Assembly (NCBI RefSeq): GCF_006345805.1
Contig: NC_043000.1
Location: 62,930,001 to 62,994,000, forward strand
DNA from: Octopus sinensis
Taxonomy: Eukaryota
Direction of reading: 5' to 3'
Length of the DNA stretch: 64,000 bases
In this document: one piece after another, positions 1 through 13,398 of the stretch
Position numbering within the stretch: the stretch's first letter is position 1
How the letters are laid out: each line of letters starts with the position of its first letter
Position numbers and translations under genes: made by a program
Notes under the pieces: generated by a model
The model's input: the letters and a program-made list of their open reading frames with translations, nothing else
What the model was told of the DNA's origin: nothing
The model's database searches: none

Positions 1-70
1 CGCCTAATATTGAGATAGATCATGTTGTAAGTATGGTACATTGTGCCAGTCAGTCACTTTAATCGACTAA

Positions 71-114
<44 letters not shown>

Positions 115-317
115 CTATCTATCTATCTATCTATCTATCTCTCTCTCTCCCTCTCTCTCTCTCTTCCACAAATTTCTTAGCATCGTACCTCTGTCACAAA
201 CAGTTATTTGGATTTATTTACTTATATATTTTATGGGATAGGAATTCTAGTGCTTCATCAGTAGTAAAACTGATTGTTGCCATTGATAGGAAAAGAATTG
301 AGAAAAAGTGGGGAGAA

Positions 318-444
<127 letters not shown>

Positions 445-499
445 CTGAGTGTCTGAGTGCATGTAATAATGTGCTTGCGTTCTTACATGCACACGGTTA

Positions 500-1060
500 A
501 AACAGAAGATATCCTAAACACATCATCCAAAACGAGCAAACAGGAAAATACCGCATGGTTTAATCTCTCATATTCAAAATATGCAAGCACTTTTATAGGC
601 AAAACCTCCCTCCGTCTTGAAAGAACCCACTCCAACATCTCCCGAGGAAAATTTTTAATCTAAACTCACCAAGAAGAAGTTAACAAACTTCGCTAATACT
701 TTGGTATTTATTAATGATAAGAGAATAATGAATAAGTCATACTACTAAAACGCGAAACAACAGAATAAAGAAATGCCATTGGCACTCTCTCATTATATGC
801 CCAGTTATCAATAACTCCCTGGAAAAAATCAGTCATACCTGCAGCTACCGTCACATCTAACATTAACTTATGCAGTATTAATCATATACGAATCGCTGTT
901 AATCTAAGGACAGACTATCAATATATCATAGTTGTAACTTTTCCCAGTAATTCAATAAACTGGGATATTTCTCCCAGTTAAATACCTTGCTTTCAAAACC
1001 CAGGGAGGAATAAAAATTGTTTCTTTTCACTTTAACCGCCATCAAGCCGTTTCAACAAAC
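500..1060 (+). mobile_element. Decayed Penelope-like element, 3' part (RT-EN linker and GIY-YIG relic)
   Basis: Manual translation across frameshifts gives ENTAWFNLSYSKYASTFIGKTSLRL...KIFNLN...CP...SVIPAATVTS. This resembles the PLE linker (WFNPPYS..V.TNIGK.FL; KIFN) and the start of the GIY-YIG domain. Confidence 0.45.
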
Positions 1061-1444
1061 ATATAAGCACGCACACGTACATCAAATCGTTCAACTGAAC
1101 ACTCTTTAAATGCCGTGCCTATGAGGCGCGGAGATCACGAACCTCTAAGTCAAAGGCTGGATATTTATTACCTTTTTTATATATATTTTGGTGTGGGAGT
1201 AGATACAGCAGTGATTTCCTGTTGCATTCTGTCACTTTACCGTATCTTCCGGCATACATTTCGATGTGCGGTAGAGTGTAAACATGTAATTTAAACATTC
1301 GAATATCGTCTATCTTTCTAAATCCTACTGCATTTCACATGGAATTTTTTGTCTTCCAAAGTCGTCTTGGTGTATGAATTGACCTGCCTTTTTGGCTCTA
1401 CGAATCGACCTACCTTTTTGGCTGAAAGAATCGACTGCAGTACT

Positions 1445-1757
1445 AATTTTTACGTATTTTACGTATTCTATCGGTTACTTTTGCCGAACCGCTATGTTAC
1501 GTGGTCAAAACATACCAACACTTATTGTCAAGCGGTGGAGCGGGAACAAACACATATACAAACACATGTGCATACACACATACATATATACGGCAGGCTT
1601 CTTACAGTTTCCAACTCCGTCTTCTAAATCCACTCACAAAGCTTTGGTTCGCCGAGGCTATAGTAGAAGATATTCAACCAAGATACCATGCAGTAGGGTT
1701 GAACCCGGTACTATGTAGTTGAGGAACAAACTTCTTGCCACATAGCCACACCTGCAC
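1445..1757 (-). mobile_element. SINE family A (tRNA-like head, internal microsatellite)
   Basis: Colinear with the full-length copy at 25846-26286. The RTE tail abuts its head. Confidence 0.75.
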
Positions 1758-2890
1758 ATCATCATCATCATAATTGTTTAACGTCCGTTTTCCATTCTGG
1801 CATGGGTTGGATGGTTTGACTGAGGTCTGGAGAGCCAGCGGCTGCTCCACCCTCCCATCCGATCTGGCAATGTTTCAACAGCTGGATGCCCTTTCTAACG
1901 CCAACCACTCCGAGAGTGTAGCGGGTGCTTTTTACGTGCCACCGCCACGGGAGCCACTCAGGAGGTACTGACATCGGCTACGTTCGTATGGTGCTTTTTA
2001 CGTGTCACCGGCACAGGAGCCAATCAGGAAGTCCGGGTCTTCTCAATCACAGCATATCTCCAAAGGTCTCGGTCTCCTGTCTTTGCTTCTGTGAGGCCCA
2101 ATGTTCGAAGGACATGTTTCCCCACTTCATCCCATGAATTCCTGGGTCTACTTCTTCCACAGGTTCCTTCTATAGTTAGGGAGTGGCACTTCCTCACACA
2201 GCTGTTCTCATCCATACGTAACACATGACCATACCAGCGCAGTCGTCTCTCTTGCACACCCCATTTGATGCTTCTTATGCCCAACATTTCTCTCAAGGAC
2301 CTCACACTCTGTCGTGTATGCACACTGACATTACACATCTAGCGGATTATACTAGCTTCATTTCTTTCAAGCCTATGCATGTCCACTGCAGTCAGGCCCA
2401 TGTTTCACTGCCGTGTAGTATGGCAGTTCGCACACATGCATCATACAGACTACCTTTCATCCTGAGCGAGAGGCCATTAGTTGCCAGCAGAGGTAGGAGC
2501 TCCCTGAACTTTGCTCAGGCTATTTTTATTCTAGCCGCCACACTCTCAGAGCAATTACTCCACTACAGACTTGGTCGCCTAGGCAGCGGAAGCTATTAAC
2601 TACTTCTAGTTTCTCCCCCTGGCATGTGATGGTATCTGTTTCATGTACATCTTCGGTATTTATTGCCCATGTGCATCTGTCACACACAAAAACTATCTTC
2701 CCGGTTAACCTTCCATAGATATTGCTGCACCTTTTATGTGTCCATAGCTTACACCGGGTACATCGTATACAGTTTCTACTCACGCCTTTTCTACAGATCA
2801 AGCAGGGCCATCTACCTGAAGGGGTTTGATTTGGCAGCCTTCCTACTTAGTAAAACTTTGGTTTTTGCTAGGTTAACCCTAAGGCCCATC
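1758..2890 (-). mobile_element. RTE-clade LINE, 5'-truncated 3' fragment (RT end, thumb, 3' UTR)
   Basis: Minus-strand peptides LRVNLAKTKVL, LEVVNSFRCLG and ERRLRWYGHVLRM...GRSRPRNSW...DRDLWR, with frameshifts. A (GAT)n tail lies at ~1758-1772. Confidence 0.92.
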
Positions 2891-4282
2891 GATTGTAGAC
2901 CTTGCTTGCTATATACATATGTATGTGTATGTTGTGTGTGTGTATGTATGTATGTGTGTGTGTGTGCGTGCGTGTGTGCGTGTGTGTGTACGCACACACT
3001 TACATACACGCAAGCATCTATAATTATATATATGCACATGCATGTGAGTGTATTCGAGTCTTAAGTTAGATAACAGTCCGGTTTATAGTAAACCTTGACA
3101 AAAGTCTCATTATTTTCACAGATTGTCTTTTCTCCTCTCATTCATCTACAGTTTCAACGATACCATATAACAACAGCAGAAAACAAAACCCTTCTGACGT
3201 TATACCTTTCCTATCGATAATCATATCCTACCTATAGTTTACAGCCAAGTGAATGAACTCTTTGTTTGCCATGAAAATAATCAACCAGCTGTTGTTGGTT
3301 TTTTTTTTGTCCTATCTACGTGAATAGGTGTATATGTGTGCGCGTGTGTGTGTAAATATATATATATAATAGATGTAATTGTTATAAAGGTAATAGCAGC
3401 GATCACATACCTACCATATGCGTGTGTGTGTGTGTATATATATATATATGTATGTATGTATGTATGCATTATGTATGTATGTATGTATGTATGTATGTAT
3501 GTATGTATGTATGTATGTATGTATGTATATATGTATGTATGTATGTATGTATGTGTAGGCATGTGTGGCTGTATTTATGTGTAGGTGTATGTATTCGAGT
3601 AGGCTTTCGTTCAATATACTTTTATAAAGGTGATATAAGGGTACGTCTACCGGAAATACAATAAAGAAATACAATATGAATTGGCTTTTATTTGTTGCGG
3701 GACTAGAGTTCAAGTGATTTTTTACTCCGGAAAATCTTTGATACTTAAAAATAGTGATTTCGGGGAAACAGTAGACGCTTATTTGCTCGATTCGAGTGTG
3801 TATTGAATACATATATTTACTTACCTTTTAGAGGTTACTTAAGACGACAGCAATGTTTTCTCAGTTTTATCTCAGTTCATACATATATACATACACACAC
3901 ACACACGCGCGCGCGCACGCACACGCACAAACAAACGCAAACACACATATACGCATGTATGTATGTATGTATGTATGTATGTATGTATAGATAGATAGAT
4001 AGACAGATAGATAGACAGATAAATATTCCTCTTGAGATAAAACTTTATGACCGTATGCGTGTATATGTGCATATACATGAGTACATGCACACATTTATAC
4101 ATGCGTACATATATATAAATACACACACATATATTCATATATGCGCACATATATATACGTATATATAGTCATGTATCTACATCAAAAGGGATCAACTGTC
4201 CTTTCCGAGCCATAAGGATCTGGATTCTGTGACGTACAAACATCCCCCGTTGAAGTGCTGTGTAGACAAAGTAACTAGTACT

Positions 4283-4615
4283 GGTACTCCGTCGGTTACG
4301 ACGACGAGGGTTCCAGTTGATCCGATCAACCGAACAGCCTGCTCATGACATTAACATGAAATTGGCTGAGCACTCCACAGACACGCCTAACCTTAACGTA
4401 GTTCTCAGGGAGATTCAGCGTGACACAGAATGTGACAAGGCTGGTCTTTTGAAATGCAGGGTAAAATACAGGTAAAACTCATTTTTACCAGCTGGGTGGA
4501 TTGGAGCAACGTGAAATAAAGTGTCTTGCTCAAGGACACAACACGTCGCTGGAAATTGAACTCACGACCTTACGATCGTGAGTCGAATACCCTAACCACT
4601 AAGCCATGTGCTTTC
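4283..4615 (-). mobile_element. SINE family C (tRNA-derived, OR-like)
   Basis: Colinear with 15037-15420. Minus-strand A box (TGGCTTAGTGG) and a CORE-like TGTGTCCTTGAGCAAGACACTT segment. Confidence 0.75.
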
Positions 4616-5068
4616 ATGTAGGCACACACAATAAAGTTAAAGGAAATTTAATAGCAGGAACAAATATAAGAGCTTAAACCATATTCTTTTTCGTTCTCTT
4701 TCCAGTCATTAGATTGTGGCCATTCTGGGGCATCACCTTAACGGAATGTTTTGTTTTTTTTTAATATATTCTTTGAATATTTGTACTTTGGCAGGTACAT
4801 ATTTTATCACGCTTGTAGAATACGAAATGCAAAATGAGCGTTATCGTAAGAGGACATAATTTGGGTAGGCTGTTTCTGCTGCAATGTACCGGTTTTCAAT
4901 TTACCTGACATCACATGTATATACATGTACGACAAGGATTCCCGCCATTTGATATTTATTGGTCAGTCTGAAACTATGAAAGAAGACTACTTTCAAAAGT
5001 GCCAAGAACTGAGATCGAATCCGGAGTTACGTGGTGGCAAAACGATCTCCTTAACCACAGACATTCTT

Positions 5069-5285
5069 ATTTCTCTATTGCCTACAAGGGGCTAAACATT
5101 GAGGGGACAAACAAGGACAAACAAAGGGATTAAGTCGATTACATCGACCCCCAGCGCGCAACTGGTACTTATTTAATTCGACCCCGAAAGGATGAAAGGC
5201 AAAGTCGACCTCGGTGGAATTTGAACTCAGAACGTAGCGGCAGACGAAATACCGCCAAGCATTTCGCCCGGCGTGCTCGCCGCCC
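5069..5285 (-). mobile_element. SINE family B, full length with 17-bp TSD
   Basis: Identical TAACCACAGACATTCTT at 5052-5068 and 5286-5302. Head GGCGGCGAGC with B box GAGTTCAAATTCC on the minus strand. Confidence 0.9.
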
Positions 5286-5313
5286 TAACCACAGACATTC
5301 TTGCCTTTATAAT

Positions 5314-5403
<90 letters not shown>

Positions 5404-5969
5404 GGGAGGGAGGGAGAGATAAAATTTGAAAGTAGTTCGCGATTGTAAAATAGGATATTGTCTTAGAAGAGATAAACAAATAAAGATATTGTTCAGAAGA
5501 GATAAACAATCTATGGTTAATCAATTGCCAGTAACATGATATCAGAGTGACAATATCTCATCTAATGTATTGCTTACATAATAGCAATGCAACTCTTTGT
5601 TCAAACGGACTATGTTGAATGAGAAAAGTAATTGTATTTTGTAAGCGATACAGATATACAGGAGTGTCAAACTAACGTTGTCAAGTGAGTGAATAATCTC
5701 GGTTACGAAATCAGATGTGATTCTTGGGCGAAGATATTTCACTTCCCGAGCGTCTTCTAAATTGTCTTTGGCAAAAGAAAAACGTGGCACCGTTTTTGTT
5801 TCTTTCCTTTTTTCTTTCTCCCCCCACCCCACCCAAAGTTCTGAACGTCCCTGATACAAACCAAGAAAAATAACTAACTACTGAAACAATGAGCTTCTAT
5901 GAAGTCACTCGTCCTATTCTATGTATGTATGTATGTATGTATGTATGTATGTATGTATCTATCTATCTA

Positions 5970-6022
<53 letters not shown>

Positions 6023-6231
6023 ATGTATGTATGTATGTATGGGATCTGTTCCATCTCGTATAGGATGGAATAGATCCTATGTATTTATGTATATGTGTCT
6101 TATCTATCTTTGCCAGTCTGTTTGTCTATCTATCTATCTATTCCGTTTGTCTGTCTGTCTATTCTGTAAGTCTGCCATCGATCAGCTTCTAAAAGGATCA
6201 CACTGAATAATGGAACTGAAAATGTAAAATA

Positions 6232-6520
6232 GGCACAGACGAGGCTGTGTGGCAAGAAGTTGGCTTCCCGACCGAATGGTTTCAACCACATAATTTCACG
6301 TGGCACCTTGGGCAAGTGTCTTCTACTATAGCATTGGGCTGCCCAAAGCCTTGAGAGAGGTTTTGATGGATGGAAACCGAAAGAACCCCCTTGTATGTGT
6401 GCGCACGCGCGCGTGTGTACGTTAGTCTTCTTGCCTTGACGTCGGGTGATAGTAATAAGCGAATATCACTGTCATCCATAGAAAATCTAGCTTTACAAAT
6501 TCTGTCCAACCCATGTGAGA
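6232..6520 (+). mobile_element. SINE family A variant (alternative 3' half)
   Basis: Head GGCTGTGTGGCAAGAAG...GGCACCTTGGGCAAGTGTCTTCTACTATAGC is shared with family A. The tail differs. Confidence 0.6.
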
Positions 6521-6689
6521 ATAGATGAGTAAGCGTTAAAACGATGATGACTATGCTTCAAAATATAAAGGACGAGATGTGCATGGCTGGAATGCCTTTG
6601 ATCATAGTTCTGTTAACTCAAGATTGACTTATGGCTTAACAACAACCGTGATATAAACATCATGATGGCAGTCTCTAGCAGTCCGAGGA

Positions 6690-6860
6690 AGACAACCGAC
6701 ACAAATGATGTGTACATTAGCCCAGTCTTTCCATCAAATCGACGTTGCTTGAACAGGTGTAGAGTATACTACACGTCAGGTGTCGAAGTGATCACAGAGC
6801 AAAGTGAGATGAAGTGTTTTGCTCAAAAAAAAACAACACACCAGCCAGTCAAGGAATTGA
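6690..6860 (-). mobile_element. SINE family C-related fragment
   Basis: CCATCAAATCGACGTTG...CAGGTGTCGAAGT block is shared with 20040-20320. Confidence 0.55.
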
Positions 6861-7142
6861 AACAACAACAACAACAACTACTACTACTAATACTGCTACT
6901 ACTACTACTACTACTACGACGACGACTACTACTACTACTACCACAACCACTACTGGATAGAGAATTTTTAAAGCACAAGACCACGAATATGCGTGAGATA
7001 GAAATGGAACTGCATGACGTAACAGAGATGTGGAACACAAATCGGCTCTTGTGTTGAGGATTTGATTCAAGAGCTCGTTTATTGTGCCTTGCATTGTTCG
7101 TATATACTCATATACAAACACTTTATACACACACACACACAC

Positions 7143-7178
<36 letters not shown>

Positions 7179-7250
7179 ATATATATATATATATAATATA
7201 TTATATATTATATTATAGATATTATTATTATTATCATCATTATTATAATA

Positions 7251-7305
<55 letters not shown>

Positions 7306-8316
7306 ATTAATTATTATATTATTATTACCGCTTTGCATGTGTTTACATTATAATTGTACGTAATGAGTTATTATTACTCGTTGTATGTTTATTACGCTTA
7401 TTAGCAAGGGCCCTCTTGGTGTTTTAAAACATTTCTAAGTATCTTCAAATGACGTCAGTTAAACAAAACTTAGTAGACAAATTACCTTACGTAAAACTAG
7501 GTCAGTGTTTATTTTCTTTCAAACGCATATACGCTATAAGTAGGGTGATTTCCTTCTGTCTGCATTCACTGTAAGAATGTTAACGTTTTAGGGGCTTTTA
7601 CGCGAGAGTTGTATATTGCTTAGTACTAATACACTAGCTTACTACACAACACATCATTCAGGATGTTCGTTTATACAAATAATGTTCTCGTTGAGAAATA
7701 GGGCGTGAAAAGTAAGGCTCCAGACTGTACTTTAAAACTAAGTAACCATTTGTAAATTAGAGATTGTGATTATGTTTAAGATATCCTATTATATCACTAG
7801 ATATCTATATGAAAATATGCAGAATATTTCTAGGATCAGGGCTTCTGAGAAAAGTTTTATCTGTGTGGGTATACAGTTTCTCTGAGACCGCTCTTCCTGT
7901 TTGTGTTAATGCAATGTGTGATCACGTCTATATTTAATAAAGACGCTGACAGAAAGAAAACGTTACTGTAGTTAAAATGAATATTCAGTAAATCACTAAA
8001 GAAACTAAAGAACTACTTCTCAGAGGGAAGAAGTAAAAATAAAATAAAATAAATCTTTTTGCTTTGTCTTTGAAATGAAACCTTATTCACATATGACTAA
8101 ACTCCTTACAACAATCACGTACATCAATAATACATCAACATTTTCTGGAAAGTTACTAGACTTGTTATATTTTTATTGTCATTTCTTTTTTTTTTTATAG
8201 TTTCGTTAACGATATATTTATTCTTCAGTAGTTTTGAATAGCTCTCCATCATCAATGCGAAGATTTCCCAAGATTCCTAGAAATACCCGAACACTTCTTT
8301 GCAAACTCCTCTCAAA

Positions 8317-8525
8317 GGAGCCAGTGTCTTCTACTATAGCCTCGGACAGACCAAAGCGTTGTGAGTGGATGGATTTGGTAGACAGAAACTGAAAGAAGCC
8401 CGTCGTACACACACACACACACACGCACACACATACACACACATATATATATATTTGTATTTTTGTCCCCCCCCCCACCGCCATCACTTGACAACCAACG
8501 TTGGCGTGTTTACGTCCCCGTAACT
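8317..8525 (+). mobile_element. SINE family A fragment
   Basis: GTGTCTTCTACTATAGCCTC...GAAACTGAAAGAAGCCCGTCG, then microsatellite, then TTGACAACC...TTTACGTCCCCGTAAC. Confidence 0.75.
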
Positions 8526-9049
8526 TATATATCAATCTTTTTCCTCATTTTCCATCACTGAACTGCAGCCATGCTGGGGTACGGCCTTTGCGGGTTTAAT
8601 CAAATAAATCGACCCTAGTATATAGTTTTTACGTCTATCGATCTTTTTTTGAACCGCTAAGTTACAGAGACATACACAAACTACCAATTTTAGCTGTCAA
8701 GTGCTGACGGAGGACATACAGAAAGACACGCACACACATAGTGTGTGTGTGTGTGTGTGTAAACAAAATCGAACTCACATACACAAGTTGTGTGTGTTGT
8801 TAGTTCGTGGGTCGGCTGCGTTTTAGGCAGAAGAGAATATATTCTCAATGCGCTTAAAAATACATAAAAGTAAGCAATAAGCAAGCGAGACGAACTCACA
8901 ACAGGTCCCTTCCCGGAACGTCAGACGTTGATATTTCGTTATTGTTGTGATTTGTCAATGTTGCGTACCGAACAAGTCCCGCTGCAAGCTATGACTGTAT
9001 GTTAAATGGTTTAAGAATCATCTGCTGGCATGTGACAATATAAATCAAA

Positions 9050-9163
9050 TATAAATCAGAAGCAGCTGGAGGTATCTTAACAAACCAACCCACGAACTAG
9101 CAACGCGCATACCTTACGTACGTGTGTTCGATTGTGTTTACATACCTCGAGCTGCTTCTGATT

Positions 9164-9167
<4 letters not shown>
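9050..9167. repeat. Short inverted-repeat (foldback/MITE-like) element
   Basis: TATAAATCAGAAGCAGCTGGAGGTAT (9050-9075) is the reverse complement, with 1 mismatch, of ATACCTCGAGCTGCTTCTGATTTATA (9142-9167). Confidence 0.7.
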
Positions 9168-9242
<75 letters not shown>

Positions 9243-9414
9243 GGGCGTAGAAGAAACAAAACAATACAAAGTAGACATACGGAATTATAAAAAATGTAAC
9301 TTAAGACGATGGACAAAGACGAAATAAATCAGAAACGAACAAAATTTAGCCTTAGGGCCAAATAGACAAGAATGATGGGTAACGCTTGAGAAGGCATCCT
9401 AAAGGATATAGAAA

Positions 9415-9585
9415 ACAACACACGACGAGCTTCCACACAGTTTCCGTCTACTAAATTCATTTATGTTTCGGTTGACCCGGGGCTATAGTAGAAGACACTT
9501 GCTCATGGTACCGCACAGCGAGACTGAACCCAAAACTACATGATTGAGAAGCGAGCTTCTTAGCCACACAGCTATGCTTGCACTT
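9415..9585 (-). mobile_element. SINE family A 5' half
   Basis: Reverse-complement match to the family A head and core. Confidence 0.7.
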
Positions 9586-10159
9586 GAATGTAGGATATAT
9601 TTCACAGTAGTACGAGTTCTTTGAAGAACAATGAATGAAAGGAACTGAAATTAAAACATTTTATAGAAATAGTTGTTTGACTGAGCAGACTGCTTATCAA
9701 AAACATTCCAGCCATGATCATTCGGTTTGTTCGTACACCAGGGAACCGCGCTGTCTCGTGTGTACTTCCTTTACAAAAAGATGGTATGTTATGGTTTTAG
9801 AGATTTGGTAGGTATTTTTCGTCGGTCCAGTGACCACGTCTTTACCTTGTGCTTGCTTCGGTGGTTGTTTACAGAAATAGTTAATGTTGCTGTGATTTAG
9901 CTCTTGGTTATCCCTGCTTGAGTAGACTGTATGAAATAAGGGGCTCGTGCCATGTTCATTCCATAATTCTCTTATAAAACTGTATAATCCAATACTTCTT
10001 TCTATATATTTTTTAACGATGACATAACATTTGAAAAGGCGAGACACTTAACTAAATATCTGGGGTATTTTTTAAAGCGAAATTTCGTATTTGGAGGTTC
10101 AAATATTAGTAACGTGGAGATAAGTTTTCATCATTCAACAGTCGATTATATATTCTTTT

Positions 10160-10343
10160 ATTCTTATACTTGTTTCAGTCATGCTGGAGCACCGCTTTTA
10201 GTCGAACAAATCGACCCCAGGACTTATTCTTTGTAAGCCTAGTACTTATTCTATCGGTGCTATTAGCTGAATCGCTAGGTTACGAGGGTGTGAACACGTC
10301 AACGTTGGTTGTCAAGTGATGGTGGGGGAACAAAGACACACAA

Positions 10344-10385
<42 letters not shown>

Positions 10386-10520
10386 AACGGGCTTCTTTCA
10401 GTTTCCGTCTACCAAATCCATCCACTCACAAGGCTTTGGTCGGTCCGAGGTTATAGTAGAAGACACTGGCCCAAGGTGTCACGCAGTAGGACCGAAGCCG
10501 AAACCATGTGGTTGGGCCTA
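10160..10520 (-). mobile_element. SINE family A, near full length
   Basis: Both halves are present around the internal (TG)n. Confidence 0.8.
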
Positions 10521-11559
10521 TATACATATATATAAAAGTGGATTATTAATACTGAAAGTGCAATAAAATACTTTATTGTATTTACAGCACCTGTATTATA
10601 TTAAGCTAATAAATCACGCTCCCTACTTATAATATACGTTTTCCTATTTCTTTCATATCTATATTTAGAATATTAATATTAGCGATGTATATAAAGAGTT
10701 ACATTAAGCTTGGGTAGCTTGCTAAGATATTTTAAAAAAGTATCTATCATCATCTGTGGTCATGAATGTTAAAAATGACCGAGAGTGCAATCCTGAATAC
10801 AATTCAGTTATCCGGCAAGCCACCGGGCCCAGTTGTGCTGGATTGGATGTTTTCTATGATTGATGCAATCAAATCCATTCCTGCCCGACAAAGTTAAGTT
10901 TTGAGATTAATAAAAGGAAATCAATAACGGTTTTGAAATTACGAAAACTGCAATATTATTCCGGCTACACATGCAATATATTGTTGCTAAGGAAACAAAA
11001 AAAAAGGAAGGAAGAAAAAAAGCTATAAAAATATATAAGTAACTTTTCGGAAAAATCTAGATATATCATAGATATACATGACCCTTGTAATGACTTCACA
11101 TTCATATGTGGATTATGTTTCATTTCAAAGAAAAAGCAAAAAGGTTTTTTTTTTCTTTTCTTAATTATTTTCTTGGTGAAAAACAACCTTTAGTATTTAT
11201 TGAATATTCAGTTTTAACCTAAGAAATTTTTTTTCTTGTCAACATCTTTATTGAATACAGTCGTGTACATACAATGCATTGACACAGAATATACAGCATC
11301 ATTCACCGTCGTTCACTTTTCCATGATTGTAAGGGTCTGACCAGAATTTATTCAGGCAGATTTTCAGCGGTCACCAACGACCAACCTCTACCTGTTTCTA
11401 AGCAAAATAATATTTCGCCATGGCCAGATATGTTTCCGCAGAATAGTGGAAATGAATGACATCCATTTACAACTATCACACGGTGTCCACGGTGTCAGGA
11501 TAAGCAGACACAAGCATACACACATTCACATAAATGTACATACATACATACATACATAA

Positions 11560-11775
11560 CGGGAAGCTTTATGAAAATAGACAAAAGACGAAGGCAGGTG
11601 GAAAACAAACGAACAATTGTATTAGTATGGCGCTCAGGAAATATAAATAAAACAAGTCTTTAACGTTTCGAGCCTACGCTCTTCAACAGAAAGATACACA
11701 GAGAGAAAAAAAACACAGAAAGAAGGAGAGAAAAAAAATGCGTGCAGTAGCTAACGAATCAACATGGCGATCATA
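11560..11775 (-). repeat. Short dispersed repeat carrying a hammerhead-like motif (probably PLE pLTR-derived)
   Basis: Homologous to 18185-18390 and more distantly to 55089-55340. Flanked by microsatellites. Confidence 0.65.
11657..11694 (-). ncRNA. Minimal type I hammerhead variant (A6U)
   Basis: Minus strand reads TCTTT CTGTTGA A GAGC gtag GCTC GAA ACGT T AAAGA: 5-bp stem I, 4-bp stem II, palindromic ACGT stem III. Confidence 0.6.
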
Positions 11776-11809
11776 CATACATACATACATACATACATAC
11801 ATACATACA

Positions 11810-11840
<31 letters not shown>

Positions 11841-11959
11841 GTATGCCTACGCTGCTAAGCGTTGTATAGGTGTGATACCAATGGTCACTCTATGACCCGC
11901 CATAAGTTCCTTATATATGTGTGTGTGTATGTGTGTGTGTGTGCATGTGCGTGCGTGCG

Positions 11960-12115
11960 TGTGTGTGTGTGTGTACGACAGGCTGTTTCAGTTTCGCCTC
12001 TACTAAATCCACTCACAAGTATTTGGTCGGTCTGGGTATATAGCCATATATGCAATGGCACCGAACCCAGAAACATATAGTTGGGAAGCAAACTTCTCAA
12101 GCACCCACTCACGTC
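11960..12115 (-). mobile_element. SINE family A 5' half, degenerate
   Basis: CAGTTTCGCCTCTACTAAATCCACTCACAAG...GTTGGGAAGCAAACTTCT matches family A. Confidence 0.6.
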
Positions 12116-12199
12116 TGTACAAATAACATTAGCAAATAAGAATTTTAGTGTAAAAATAGTTGCGTTCGGAATATGCCCTAAAAACAGAGTACAAACCAA

Positions 12200-12750
12200 C
12201 AAAGAAGCCTCTTTGTAGTCGTTATTCGAACACGTTAAAGATGATTTGGTCAGTTACGCTCGGGAAATTTTTGTCTCGTTGATTCGCCTTGATCTAGACT
12301 ACCAAGTTCTTTCAATATTGAGCTTCTGGAAACAGAAACTTGAGAAAAGTTCAAATCAAACGGCACGAGAATTAGCGACATAGTTCAATTAAAATCATAC
12401 TTCGATCATAAAACATTTTCATGAATTAGGAAAAGTGTCTAAACTTGGTCAGTGGGTTCCCCCATCATCTGACTGTTTTTCTGCATAATCAAAGACTTGC
12501 ACTCTGCTCGTCCTTTCGAATATTTCCTAGGCAGAATCATCGTAAGTGGTAAGCACTCAATGAAACCAGGACTGCACCCGAAAAAAAAGAATGATGCCCT
12601 GTGTTTTGGTGCGATATAAAGAGTGTCGTCTGTCATGAGGGTTAAAATTTAAACCAAAACGAAACAGTTAACGCGGAAAAGTATTGTCGTCCAACTGCTT
12701 TGCACAAAACCGCAGAAAAAGCACCCATCACTGGCCAATCGTAAATGAGT
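12200..12750 (+). pseudogene. Decayed mariner transposase
   Basis: LRSGNFCLVDSP*SR, NQTARELA, HFHELGKVSKLGQWVP (WVPHEL motif), FLGRII and PGLHPKK, with stops and frameshifts. Confidence 0.8.
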
Positions 12751-12812
12751 GTTGGTCTTGCACAAAAACGCACGCACGCGCGCACACACATATATATATA
12801 TTTATATGTATG

Positions 12813-12846
<34 letters not shown>

Positions 12847-12900
12847 TGTATGTATGTATGTATGTATGTATGCATGTATGTATAATTTATATATATATTA

Positions 12901-12951
<51 letters not shown>

Positions 12952-13267
12952 ATGTAAGCATGTGTATACATTACATACATGCATACATACATACATACAT
13001 ACATACATACATACATCACCTGCTACATCTTTTCGAACGAATCGGTGAATGTCGTTAAGGCACGCAAGAATAAGACTTTTACTCCTGTTAATAATTTACA
13101 TTCAAAAGCTTTTGATTAACGTCTGCTGTCACTCTGATAAATCATTCATAGCGATCGCATCTATAACATCACTTAAGCTGCTTAGTGAATCCATTAGAAT
13201 TTTTCAAGCTTTAAAGTTGCCAACCTTGTCTCACATGCACAGATTTACTCATTAACCCCCCCGCTCC

Positions 13268-13333
<66 letters not shown>

Positions 13334-13354
13334 CATCTGTATCTCTATCTTTCT

Positions 13355-13398
<44 letters not shown>

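Noticed and set aside
9718-10047. 109-aa minus-strand ORF with an 81-nt possible exon
   Set aside because: No recognisable domain, incompatible splice phases with other candidates, and such signals occur by chance in AT-rich DNA.
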